64,000 bases of DNA from a virus. Lineage: Duplodnaviria > Caudoviricetes. Below the pieces are notes generated by a model. The model ran no database searches. It saw nothing but the letters and a program-made list of their open reading frames with translations, and was not told the origin of the DNA. Position 1 is the stretch's first letter. Every line of letters starts with the position of its first letter. The DNA lies in the IMG/VR virus record IMGVR_UViG_3300017565_000020, positions 6,998 to 70,997 of that record; one strand, 5' to 3'. Positions 16,826-25,821 of this stretch are shown here, piece after piece. Made by a program: the position numbers and the translations under genes.

Positions 16826-17245
16826 TCATACGGTCTCCTTTTTACGTTTAATAGTTCTGGGTTTCTTTTCTGCTGCACCCCGTAATAAATATTCAGGGCT
16901 TGTTTTCCATCCATAAGAATTAAGTACTGGAGAGATAATGGCAGCATAGTGTTTTGTCATGTTGAGCGTACCATCAGTGAGCCTTATTAGCGTACTGGCC
17001 TGAAGCTTAGTTTCCTTATGAAGTCGGCTAAATACAACACCTGGTTTACGATTCAGGAACTGGATAAAATCCAGGGAATTGCTAATGAATACCTTGTCTA
17101 ATATTATTCCGCGTTCGTTTAGCCTATCCAAAACTTCTTTTATTCGCGACTTGCTGCCATATCGTTCTATTGACGATGTCTTGCCATTGCTTCTGTAAAA
17201 GAAGTAGTAATTGCCCTTTCGTTCCTTTCTTCCCCGTGTTTCCAT
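16826..17245 (-). CDS. Hypothetical protein, possible HTH
   Basis: VFSRLHKETKLQASTLIRL segment; basic C-terminus. Confidence 0.5.
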   Translation of the reverse strand: METRGRKERKGNYYFFYRSNGKTSSIERYGSKSRIKEVLDRLNERGIILDKVFISNSLDFIQFLNRKPGVVFSRLHKETKLQASTLIRLTDGTLNMTKHYAAIISPVLNSYGWKTSPEYLLRGAAEKKPRTIKRKKETV

Positions 17246-17333
17246 TAGCTGAATATTAAAAACATGATAAACAGTATGATTTCTACCCGGTACTGGTATA
17301 CTGGATGAGATTTAATTTGCCGCCAATATTTGC

Positions 17334-18374
17334 TCATGATTCTTCATTGATAGTTACAGGCATAACCAGTATATTCTTGTTGAGTATTGCGGCCCTGGTT
17401 GGTGATCCTAATTCAATGGTTGCAGCGTATGAATTTGTAGTGCTCAGCGCTTTATCAAAAAATTTACCGTTAAACCCTATTTCAATTTCATAACCGTCAA
17501 TCTTGGCCAAATCAACCGTTCTTTTATAAGCTCGGCCATGATTAGAATTTTTAGCAGTTATCTGCAAAGTTCCGTTTGCTTTAAACTTTACCAGCTTTGT
17601 TATTGGATCAGCTACAAGTAATGCTTTTCTGATGGTGTCGTGAAGTTCATCTTTGCTCACCACAATAGAAGTAGTAGTTTCTGTTGGGATGACTTTTTGA
17701 AAATCTGGATAATTTTCATCAACACTGCGTGAAACTATTTTTACAATGCTGTTTTCAATAGTAATATATGCAGTTCCTACGCTAAGGCGGAGGGGTTCAA
17801 TATATCCAAACAATGAAATTAGGTGACAGGTTGATTTTGATAATAATACCGGTTTCTTTGGTTGGATGCCTGATTTTTTAAAGTATAATAAATGGGCATC
17901 TGTTGCAGCTATATATCCGTCTTTTAAAGCTATACAAGTCAGTGCCGGTCTCAGCTCATCATGCCCTGTAAACTTTACTGCCTCAGCGATATGATCAACG
18001 TCTTCTTTTGTAATAAATCCCTGTATTTCGCTGTTTTCTACGGGAGTTTTTGGAAACTCTCCCGCTTCTTCATACTCAAAAATCATTTTTTCTGAATATG
18101 AACAGAACTCAATGCTTCTTCCCTGGCTTATAGAAAATGTACTCATGTTGTCTATTACATTAAGCAGGGATTTTCCATCTATGCAGAACTGCAAGTCTTT
18201 GTTCAGGTTTAAACCTTTGATGGTGACGAAATTCTGCAAATCTGTTGCCATCAGCTCGCCATTTTGTATTAAAAAGCTATCTAAAATGGGTAAAACGCCG
18301 TTTTTTTTAATTGTCAGACGAGCAACCTTTTTGATGTAGTTCACCTGAAATGGAGTTAATGTTGTTTTTTTCAT
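17334..18374 (-). CDS. dnaN: DNA polymerase III beta sliding clamp-like protein
   Basis: LPILDSFL, MATDL, RPALTCI, AATDAHLL, ENYPDFQKVIP, IGFNGKF, LVMPV; likely ATG at 18374. Confidence 0.88.
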   Translation of the reverse strand: MKKTTLTPFQVNYIKKVARLTIKKNGVLPILDSFLIQNGELMATDLQNFVTIKGLNLNKDLQFCIDGKSLLNVIDNMSTFSISQGRSIEFCSYSEKMIFEYEEAGEFPKTPVENSEIQGFITKEDVDHIAEAVKFTGHDELRPALTCIALKDGYIAATDAHLLYFKKSGIQPKKPVLLSKSTCHLISLFGYIEPLRLSVGTAYITIENSIVKIVSRSVDENYPDFQKVIPTETTTSIVVSKDELHDTIRKALLVADPITKLVKFKANGTLQITAKNSNHGRAYKRTVDLAKIDGYEIEIGFNGKFFDKALSTTNSYAATIELGSPTRAAILNKNILVMPVTINEES

Positions 18375-18415
18375 ATATTTTTTATTTATAATTTCACTTA
18401 GTATGCACACATAAT

Positions 18416-18739
18416 TTAACAAATAAAAGCCTCTAATTGTATTGGGTTTGTAGTATGTTCCCGAATTACCAATTCTTTAAAACTGTCTGTTGATTTGGAA
18501 GCCAATACAATATTTAATTGCCCAAACTTTACAGATCCTCTGCTCTCCGTTTCATCCAGTAAGCAATTGGGTACCCTGTAGTAATTATCTTTTCGATATT
18601 CTTTACACCAGGTATCTAATTTATTGCAACTTAGATGGTGACAATAGCAGGTTTTGCCGTTTATTTGCAAAATCAGGTATTTCATTTGCTGAATTAAAAA
18701 ATAATTACTTGCGGCTATTCGGGTCGCCTGTACCAACAC
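18416..18739 (-). CDS. Hypothetical protein
   Basis: ORF in operon; start uncertain. Confidence 0.4.
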   Translation of the reverse strand: MLVQATRIAASNYFLIQQMKYLILQINGKTCYCHHLSCNKLDTWCKEYRKDNYYRVPNCLLDETESRGSVKFGQLNIVLASKSTDSFKELVIREHTTNPIQLEAFIC

Positions 18740-18951
18740 CAGGCAGAATTAAATCCAGCTTCAACATCCCCGTCCTGTTCCCAACCATCATCAAGCATTA
18801 GATAATGATGTTTTTCCAAAATATCCAAACTGGTGTGCTTAATCCGGCGGTAGGTGTACCCACGCTCAAATTTATGCCCGAACCACACGGATAAACAACG
18901 CCTAACAAGTAGGTTTATACCTTTGTTTTGTAAATGCTGTTTGCAATTGTT

Positions 18952-19140
18952 TCATGCTCTAATTTTTATTTTAACCCCGTCTGCTACCGCAGAGAATTCA
19001 GGGCAGGTATGCCCCTCCCAGTGCCTTATTTTGCACAAAACGCTAACTTTTTTGGCTCCTAAATCTTTTTTAATCAAATCCGCTATAGATTTCTCTATCT
19101 CAGGCATGGCCATCTTGGCCCTATTAACTAATACTTCCAT
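18952..19140 (-). CDS. Hypothetical protein
   Basis: ORF downstream of operator copy 2. Confidence 0.5.
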   Translation of the reverse strand: MEVLVNRAKMAMPEIEKSIADLIKKDLGAKKVSVLCKIRHWEGHTCPEFSAVADGVKIKIRA

Positions 19141-19198
19141 TGTGTTGAATGATTAATTTTTACAGTCCTTTTGTATTGCTTATTTCTAAACACAAAGC

Positions 19199-19220
19199 AA
19201 ATATATCTAAAAGATATAAA
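19199..19220. promoter_or_regulatory. Operator-like palindrome, copy 2
   Basis: Identical to 7618-7639; upstream of a leftward operon. Confidence 0.7.
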
Positions 19221-19277
19221 TATGCAATATAATTGTATTGAAAAAGTTATAAGTTATTGATAATCAACAGGAAAAAT

Positions 19278-19802
19278 TTATTTATTTTGATATATTAAAG
19301 ATATATATTGTCTGTATTTGTCCAGAAATTGACCGGCTGCCTTTATGCCAGTTCTATTTAATGTTATGCTGTGTCGCTTAAATTGCTCGGCTCTCTTTGA
19401 TTGCTCCACGACAAAAGAGATATGTCCCTGCTTATTAAGAGATTTGAGTGTTTCGTTTAACCTGGCGTTGTGGCAAAAAGGGTATAGCCGGTAAATATCA
19501 TTTTTGCATAAAAGCTGAGGTTTTAATTTACCTTTTCCGCTCGCCGTTAAGATGTTTTCTGTATAGAATGAATAGAGTAGGAGCAACACCCCTAATTCGT
19601 ACCGTGTTAAACCTAAATCCTTGTTAGTGCGGCAAAAATCGCTTTTAAAGGCATCAAGTAAAACAAACTGCACGTAAAAATCCCTGAAGTCGATATTGCC
19701 GGCGTCAAGCCGGGGCAAGCTGCTATTTAACACGCAAACGTGTATTTTATGTTCTCTGTTTACCGTTCTGAATAACTTACCTTCCTGTAGTTTAGATTTC
19801 AT
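19278..19802 (-). CDS. Putative winged-helix protein
   Basis: LTRYELGVLLLL...LNETLKSLNKQGHI...ITLNRTG, MarR-like pattern. Confidence 0.5.
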   Translation of the reverse strand: MKSKLQEGKLFRTVNREHKIHVCVLNSSLPRLDAGNIDFRDFYVQFVLLDAFKSDFCRTNKDLGLTRYELGVLLLLYSFYTENILTASGKGKLKPQLLCKNDIYRLYPFCHNARLNETLKSLNKQGHISFVVEQSKRAEQFKRHSITLNRTGIKAAGQFLDKYRQYISLIYQNK

Positions 19803-19955
19803 ATACTATTTATCTATCAAATGTTAATAATGTGCAACTATTGCGAGTGTCTGCGTGTGTGTACGTGTAAAAAAAACAGATCATTCGTTTGTTTTTAGCC
19901 TTTGCCAGGTATTGGACCTTGCCCATTTATTGTATATAAATTACCCTTGCCTATG

Positions 19956-19983
19956 TGGATATATAATGAACATTATGTTAAGT
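19956..19983 (+). other. dif-like XerC/XerD site
   Basis: TGGATATATAA-TGAACA-TTATGTTAAGT versus E. coli dif GGTGCGCATAA-TGTATA-TTATGTTAAAT; XerD arm matches 10/11. Confidence 0.75.
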
Positions 19984-20299
19984 AGGCTGTAAATCATGCG
20001 TAATTGTGTGCCTCTCCTACTCTATTGTATTGCCCAGAATATAATATTATAAATATTCGTTTTTGACCCCCATACGGCACATTTAAGTCGTTTGCCCATT
20101 TTGTTTTTTCGCCCCCATATCCTATCGGTAGTTGCGTGTACTTCTGGATGCAAGGGGAGAAGAAAAAACGTTACGGATGTAAAAATATAACTAATGGATA
20201 TAAAATATATCAAAATATTTCTTTTTTAAAATTTTGTACCTATGTTTGTGTCATAAAATGACTACGAAATACGGGGTTTGGTGGTAATATTCTGACACT

Positions 20300-20509
20300 A
20301 TGAAGGAAATAGGTAAGGAAATAAAACGGGTAAGACTTGGAAATAAATATAGCCTGGCTGTTTTGGCGGACATGTCCGGGGTTGATAAGTCGTACCTGTC
20401 AAAAATAGAACGGGGGGAGATAAAGAAGCCGGGAGAGAGGAATTTAAAAAAAATTTTTTCGGCGCTGGGAGTGGAGATGATAGTTTTTTTAAGGGAGGCT
20501 GTAAAATGA
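20300..20509 (+). CDS. XRE/Cro-like HTH protein
   Basis: SLAVLADMSGVDKSYLSKIERGE. Confidence 0.88.
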   Translation: MKEIGKEIKRVRLGNKYSLAVLADMSGVDKSYLSKIERGEIKKPGERNLKKIFSALGVEMIVFLREAVK

Positions 20510-20712
20510 AAAAAAAATTTTTCGCGGGGGCAATCCGGCCCGGCAAGTCCACCCCACTGCATGACGCCCAAAATGGGCGAGCAGATGACCAGGTTAAGGG
20601 AAGGTATGTTGCCGGCGTTGACCCGTACGATGGGGGAGAAGGCCATATTTCCGTTTTCAGGATTAAAGATGGTATTGTACAACCTGTAAAAATGAACAAA
20701 TGCGCAGGATAA
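20506..20712 (+). CDS. Hypothetical protein
   Basis: ATGA overlap with the upstream gene. Confidence 0.45.
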   Translation: MKKKFFAGAIRPGKSTPLHDAQNGRADDQVKGRYVAGVDPYDGGEGHISVFRIKDGIVQPVKMNKCAG

Positions 20713-20807
20713 TCAAATATTACGGTATTGGGGGCATTTTTTTAATCGGTCGGTTAATGCTGAGCGACTATCTCATGCGGGCGATACGCAAAATTTTAAA
20801 ATAATAC

Positions 20808-20939
20808 CGGGTGGTGGCGGAATTGGTAGACGCTAACCAGACATAGTAATGAAACGTACAAGCTGCCGGTTGCAAACGGTGTAAAGCACGTTAGTAATTA
20901 TTTTTTAAAGTCTTGCAGGTTCGAATCCTGTCCACCCGG
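20808..20939 (+). ncRNA. tRNA-like RNA with an enlarged (~80 nt) anticodon/variable region
   Basis: Acceptor CGGGTGG/CCACCCG; Leu/Ser-type D arm TGGCGGAATTGGTAGACGC; T arm GCAGG-TTCGAAT-CCTGT; no canonical anticodon arm and no encoded CCA. Confidence 0.72.
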
Positions 20940-20956
20940 CAAATTAAACAAAAACA

Positions 20957-21073
20957 ATGAGTACACCAATCTACAACATCCTGAGAAAACGCTACCCGGA
21001 AGCGGAATATGCGCTTCTGGAAGAGGTGAGCAATGCACCAGGTTTTGGCAGAACACGGTCTCCACTGTTATGA
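20957..21073 (+). pseudogene. 38-aa ORF, probably a truncated N-terminal fragment of a phage nuclease-like gene
   Basis: LRKRYPEAEYALLEEVSNAPGFGRTRS then an early stop; resembles, from memory, the N-terminus of MmcB/PD-(D/E)XK-like phage proteins. Confidence 0.4.
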
Positions 21074-21076
21074 AAA

Positions 21077-21418
21077 ATGAAATGTGTCAAAATGAAAAAC
21101 AATAATTTAAGCAGTAAGATAGATTTCGTACCGTCAAAAGATGCGTATGACGGCAAAAAACTAAACCAATATACATTGGACGAATATGGGCAAATAGATT
21201 CTACCGGAAAGATATTTAAGATTGGCAAAATATTTTACCTGCATTATAAAAAACATTTTTTCTGGTTTAGATTTTTTGGCAGTTACGGCATTTGGGGAAG
21301 AGGTCAGAAAATGAAAGCATTTGAATTGTTTTCAGAACGATACGGATATACCAAATACCTAAAAATTTTGGGTTGGAAATTTAAGTTGCTAAAACCGTCT
21401 AAACCTAACCAATTATGA
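21077..21418 (+). CDS. Hypothetical protein
   Basis: ORF in the rightward operon. Confidence 0.5.
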   Translation: MKCVKMKNNNLSSKIDFVPSKDAYDGKKLNQYTLDEYGQIDSTGKIFKIGKIFYLHYKKHFFWFRFFGSYGIWGRGQKMKAFELFSERYGYTKYLKILGWKFKLLKPSKPNQL

Positions 21419-21642
21419 ATAATATTCCATCTACAGAATTATTGCATGAACTTTTAGACTATAGCAATAAAAAATCCTTAGAGATAAAGGTTCAAAGAGT
21501 TTATCATAAAGCTATAATTCATCGTAAACTGGCCTTGGCAAAAAGGATAGAAGACAAATACAAATATCTGCTTCCGAAATCAGATTTAGCTATGGCTATG
21601 CCCTTGGCCCTTAGTTTCTCAAAGGAACTTACGCTTATATAA
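21415..21642 (+). CDS. Hypothetical protein
   Basis: ORF in operon. Confidence 0.5.
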   Translation: MNNIPSTELLHELLDYSNKKSLEIKVQRVYHKAIIHRKLALAKRIEDKYKYLLPKSDLAMAMPLALSFSKELTLI

Positions 21643-21655
21643 CAAAAACACAATC

Positions 21656-21895
21656 ATGAGCAGATTAGACAAAGAGCGGGAACAAAAATTACAGCCCGAA
21701 AGAATGCAATATGTAAAAAAGATATTGATTGAACTGGAATATAGAATTGAATCAGAAACAAAAACAGCTCTCACTTTTATATTTAAAGGAGAGATTGTAA
21801 CTGTATTTCCATATTCAGGATGGCATACAGGAAAATCTATTATTGATGGTAGGGGAATTAAAGAATTAGTTAAACAAATAAACCATGGAAAGTAA
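21656..21895 (+). CDS. Hypothetical protein
   Basis: ORF in operon. Confidence 0.6.
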   Translation: MSRLDKEREQKLQPERMQYVKKILIELEYRIESETKTALTFIFKGEIVTVFPYSGWHTGKSIIDGRGIKELVKQINHGK

Positions 21896-22151
21896 TAACG
21901 AACAGCTACCAACTGTATTAATCTGCGAATGCAATAGCAGGGAACATCAAATAATTATCGAATATGATGAGGATGACAATATTTTTTACTGTTATATCCA
22001 TCTAACACATCAGGGATTTTTAAGGCGCTTAAAAGCGGGGTTAAAATATATTTTTGGCTATAAATGTAAATATGGACACTGGGATGAGTTTGTATTTAAG
22101 CCAGAGCACGCCGAAAAGCTACAGGAAATTACAGATTTACTTTCTAAGTAA
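21885..22151 (+). CDS. Hypothetical protein
   Basis: ORF in operon. Confidence 0.6.
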   Translation: MESNNEQLPTVLICECNSREHQIIIEYDEDDNIFYCYIHLTHQGFLRRLKAGLKYIFGYKCKYGHWDEFVFKPEHAEKLQEITDLLSK

Positions 22152-22176
22152 ACCAATCTGTCAAAATCATTCAACA

Positions 22177-23145
22177 ATGGCAAAGAAATACACGTTTGAA
22201 TTTAATTCAAAGGACTGGCTGGCGGATACTGCCGAAATGACGGATGCCGAAGCCCGGTCATTGATAGATTTGATATGTTACAACCACATTAACCAAACAT
22301 TACCATCGGATGAGGAGCGCTTAGCCAGGCAAACCAAGCGTTCGGTTGAGGATTTCAGAAAAATATGGTCTGTAATTAAAAGTAAATTCAGGGAAGTTCC
22401 TATAGCGAACGGTACACCGAACGGTGTAGTAAACGGTGACCAAGTCGGTGTACCTAACGGTGGTACCGTCGGTGACACCGAATGTATCCGGTTGGTCAAT
22501 AAAAAGCTATCTAAGGTGTTGGAGGCAAACTCTTCAAAAATCAGAAAGAATAAACTTATCGGAACATTTGCCTATGTTCTGAATAAGATGAATTTGAATA
22601 AAAAAGAGGCCAGTGAGCTTAAAAACAGGTTTAATGTCGATGAGTTACTTGCTGAGTCAGATTCGTGGACTACTGAGCAGTTGACCGAATGGTGTGAAAA
22701 CGCTATAGCGAACGGTACACCGAACGGTGTAGTAAACGGTGACCAAGTCGGTGTACCGTCGGTCAAAAACGGTCTATATATAAATAATAATATATATAAT
22801 AGAGATAATATATTATATACTAATACTATTAATAAAAGAAAAAAATCAAAAATTGAAAAAAATGAAGAAATTGATTTTTTTAAAGATTTTACCGATGAAG
22901 AAAAACTGATCTGGGAAGATTTTGTATCGTGGAAGAAGCAGAATAATTTTTCAAGGGTAGATCAGATGAAAAAGCCGCTTCAACCCAAAGAACTTATTAC
23001 CCTCATCCGTAAAAACGTGTCAGCTAAACTCATTAAGGAAAAATACAAGGCTATGGAGAATACCGCAGACCTGCTTAAGAAGTATGTTTCGGCTTACCTC
23101 ACGTTAGCAGATTGGATAAGGCGGGCACAGGGAAACGGGCAATGA
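22177..23145 (+). CDS. Phage replication initiator (DUF1376/YdaU-like N-terminus)
   Basis: KDWLADTAEMTDAEARSLIDLICYNH; internal iterons; likely ATG at 22177. Confidence 0.75.
   Translation: MAKKYTFEFNSKDWLADTAEMTDAEARSLIDLICYNHINQTLPSDEERLARQTKRSVEDFRKIWSVIKSKFREVPIANGTPNGVVNGDQVGVPNGGTVGDTECIRLVNKKLSKVLEANSSKIRKNKLIGTFAYVLNKMNLNKKEASELKNRFNVDELLAESDSWTTEQLTEWCENAIANGTPNGVVNGDQVGVPSVKNGLYINNNIYNRDNILYTNTINKRKKSKIEKNEEIDFFKDFTDEEKLIWEDFVSWKKQNNFSRVDQMKKPLQPKELITLIRKNVSAKLIKEKYKAMENTADLLKKYVSAYLTLADWIRRAQGNGQ
22400..22757. repeat. Iteron cluster and putative origin: two exact 55-bp repeats (22400-22454, 22703-22757)
   Basis: CGGT recurs every 12 bp (22410, 22422, 22434, 22446, 22458, 22470; 22713, 22725, 22737, 22749); AT-rich tract follows. 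Confidence 0.8.
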
Positions 23146-23173
23146 TTTTGATTTGTTAATTTTTATATCAAAA

Positions 23174-23197
23174 TTTGTGTGCACACTTTGTGAAATT
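23174..23197 (+). promoter_or_regulatory. 24-bp motif TTTGTGTGCACACTTTGTGAAATT, copy 1 (putative late promoter or activator site)
   Basis: Further copies at 32152, 46723, 52133 and 63827 (reverse), each just upstream of a gene start. Confidence 0.75.
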
Positions 23198-23208
23198 AAA
23201 AAATAGAA

Positions 23209-23583
23209 ATGGCAATTAAACTTAACCAGGTAAAGCCGGTAAACCACCGGTTACTTATTCAGAAATTACCGGACAGCGGACCGGAAGAGCTAAACATTAA
23301 AACCAATGCAGGGGAGCAGAAAAAGCTGACGATTTTTAAGCGTGACGGCAATTTTATGCGTGTAAAAATCATTAAGTGCGCTGAAGGTACACCCGAATAC
23401 CCCATGCCGTACAAGCCCGGACAGGTTATTGTAATACCCAGACAGGGCTTAAAAGCCGATTACACCATTGACGGGTTAGAGTACACGTTCATTTCCATGT
23501 TTGATGTGGTAGCGGTAGAGGAAGAGGCGCAAAGCTTTTCCTCGCAGTTTGCAAAATCAGCATCAGCTAAACTGATAAACTAA
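23209..23583 (+). CDS. GroES-like co-chaperonin
   Basis: VKPVNHRLLIQK...KPGQVIV...IDGLEYTFISMFDVVAV. Confidence 0.7.
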   Translation: MAIKLNQVKPVNHRLLIQKLPDSGPEELNIKTNAGEQKKLTIFKRDGNFMRVKIIKCAEGTPEYPMPYKPGQVIVIPRQGLKADYTIDGLEYTFISMFDVVAVEEEAQSFSSQFAKSASAKLIN

Positions 23584-24347
23584 TGCACTATTCAACGGCC
23601 CATAATTATGTGCTGGTTAAGCCAGATAAAAACCTGACCCACTACAAATTTGACGGCGGCGCAGAATTATTTGCCCGCACGGATATTAACCCGCAAAACT
23701 TTTGGTCGGTTACCGGAACAGTGCTTTCTGTTCCTGAAAACCTCATCTACAACGGGCATAAAACCAATGCCCTCAAGAAACTTCACCCCAAATTCACCCA
23801 CAACCGGTTTATCGTTAAAAAATTACAGGACCTGAATAAAGTGTCGTGTTCGTTTGATACGCCCATTGAGGTTGTTGAAGGTGATAAGGTTTATTTTCAT
23901 TATATCCAGCATGACGAATGCCAGGAAGACGGCAGGATTGTAGAAATTGACGGCGACCCCTGTTATTTCATCCCCTACGATCAACTATACCTGGTTAAGC
24001 GTGAGAAGGATGTAGTTATGCTCAACGGATATGTACTGGTGGAGCCCATAGGGTACCAGCACCATGACCTGTACTCGACCAGCGGGTTAAAAATAAAACC
24101 TACCACCGAGGTGGGCGAGGATAAGCCCGGTTATGGTAAGGTGCGTTATACTGGCAGCCTGAATAACGGCTACCTCGGTTACCGGGAATGGGTAAAGGAT
24201 GCCGATGTGGTGAATCCCGGAGATATGATTTTATTCAAAAGACTTTCTGATGTTCCGCTGGAGTTCAGGTACCTGGAGACCTTTGACGGGTTAAACCGGT
24301 TTTACCTGATGCAGCGAAGAGATATTTACGCCATCATTACCAACTAA
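23583..24347 (+). CDS. Protein with two tandem GroES-like domains
   Basis: YVLVKP..GTVLSVP..VEGDKVYF and YVLVEP..GKVRY..NPGDMILF..RRDIYAI. Confidence 0.65.
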   Translation: MHYSTAHNYVLVKPDKNLTHYKFDGGAELFARTDINPQNFWSVTGTVLSVPENLIYNGHKTNALKKLHPKFTHNRFIVKKLQDLNKVSCSFDTPIEVVEGDKVYFHYIQHDECQEDGRIVEIDGDPCYFIPYDQLYLVKREKDVVMLNGYVLVEPIGYQHHDLYSTSGLKIKPTTEVGEDKPGYGKVRYTGSLNNGYLGYREWVKDADVVNPGDMILFKRLSDVPLEFRYLETFDGLNRFYLMQRRDIYAIITN

Positions 24348-24348
24348 T

Positions 24349-24552
24349 ATGTCATTTACAACACCAAAAGAAGCGCAGGATTATATCGACAAACTCGAAG
24401 TCGATAATGTAAAATTACAACAATTATTACAATCCAGAAATACCAATATCCGGATGGATTGTGTGAATATCGCTTCGCGTAACCACAATGAAACGGAATA
24501 CATCATACAAACAGCCGAAAAGCTATACGAATGGGTAATCACTAATTCTTAA
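24349..24552 (+). CDS. Hypothetical protein
   Basis: ORF in operon. Confidence 0.55.
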   Translation: MSFTTPKEAQDYIDKLEVDNVKLQQLLQSRNTNIRMDCVNIASRNHNETEYIIQTAEKLYEWVITNS

Positions 24553-24556
24553 TATC

Positions 24557-25186
24557 ATGGGAAATAAAAAAACAGCCAAAGGTCCGGAAGCTAAAACTAC
24601 CGGCAAAAGTCCGAAAACAGAGAAAACCGCCGAAGTTGTAACAGAAGAAAAAATACCTGTTGCGGAGAAACCAACCCCGGAAGTGGAAATTGTACCGGGT
24701 GAAACAACAAAACCAGTTGACGAAGCCGAAACTAATTCGAAACAATTGGATGAAAGCCAGGAAACAGATGCTCCATCAAACACCGTTGCCGAGACAGAAA
24801 ACCCGGTTGGTGAATTGAAAAAAACCGAAGAGAATATCCGGGACGATGCCCCGGTAAATGAAGCTGAGGAAATTCTGAAATCGGAAATTGTAAAGCTGGC
24901 GCCAAAAGGTGTTGATGTTAATACCAGCAAAAGCGGAGTTGAAATATGGGAGCAAATCTTTATGGGTATTAAAGGCAAGGAATCTGTACCCGTAGCCCTA
25001 TGCCTGTTGGATGAGACGGGTAAATATAAAAATTACCGGAAAGAGGATAAGGCTTATTTCAAAAAGGGTCTTGACCTTTTCAGGAACAAAGGATTGCTGA
25101 AACGACTGCTGTATGTTCGTTTTTCTGATGAGCAGGATATGGGACTGCTGAATGAAATTTTAGCGCTTGGCGGTAAATCGTTCTAA
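24557..25186 (+). CDS. Hypothetical protein with an acidic low-complexity N-terminus
   Basis: ORF in operon. Confidence 0.65.
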   Translation: MGNKKTAKGPEAKTTGKSPKTEKTAEVVTEEKIPVAEKPTPEVEIVPGETTKPVDEAETNSKQLDESQETDAPSNTVAETENPVGELKKTEENIRDDAPVNEAEEILKSEIVKLAPKGVDVNTSKSGVEIWEQIFMGIKGKESVPVALCLLDETGKYKNYRKEDKAYFKKGLDLFRNKGLLKRLLYVRFSDEQDMGLLNEILALGGKSF

Positions 25187-25803
25187 TGTCTGATAAAAAG
25201 CAAAATAAGCTGCTCTATGATTTTTCTGTAATCACCGGATCGCAGAAAATAGCGGAGGTATACCCGGAATTAGGTTACTATAAAGAATTTGACAAGCCTA
25301 TTCCGGGTTTATCGCTTATAAAAATTTGTATCTACGTCAGCAACCTGATAGACCGCGGCTCTGATATATCCAATATTAAGGATTATACCCAACGGGCGGA
25401 ACTGGCCCTACAGGTAGCCGGATTTGAAAAGAAAGGGAAATGGCCGGAAAAGCTTTTAAAGGTTATTGAGGGTAAAAACCAGTATGTTAATGCTATTATA
25501 ACTAAATATTTTGAGTTGTATGCCTCATACGATTACGAAGCGTGGTTGACCAAGAAGATTTCATTTCACCAGATATCCGCCGAAATGCGTAAACCGCTGG
25601 ATAAAAATTCGGATGATATTCTTCGAGATATTGAAAAGAAAAATAAAATTTCCGCTCAACTGGATACTATGAAAACGGATTTAATGAAGCTGGAAGAGCG
25701 CCTGTTTGACGATAAGCGGATACGGGACATGATCATCTCTGAAACCTCTAAAAATCAACGGCATTACGCGGAAGAATATGCCCAGGAGAATACGGTAATA
25801 TAA
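25186..25803 (+). CDS. Hypothetical protein, candidate small terminase
   Basis: Position upstream of terL; helical or coiled-coil C-terminus. Confidence 0.4.
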   Translation: MSDKKQNKLLYDFSVITGSQKIAEVYPELGYYKEFDKPIPGLSLIKICIYVSNLIDRGSDISNIKDYTQRAELALQVAGFEKKGKWPEKLLKVIEGKNQYVNAIITKYFELYASYDYEAWLTKKISFHQISAEMRKPLDKNSDDILRDIEKKNKISAQLDTMKTDLMKLEERLFDDKRIRDMIISETSKNQRHYAEEYAQENTVI

Positions 25804-25821
25804 CCATTAACTATATTAATC

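Noticed and set aside
18862-18870. ACGCTCAAA as the partner core for GTTGAGCGT (a fourth cassette)
   Set aside because: It lacks the terminal C of AAC and has no adjacent palindrome; probably chance.
20808-20939. Canonical decoding tRNA-Leu or tRNA-Ser
   Set aside because: No 5-bp stem with a 7-nt anticodon loop at the expected position, so no anticodon can be assigned.
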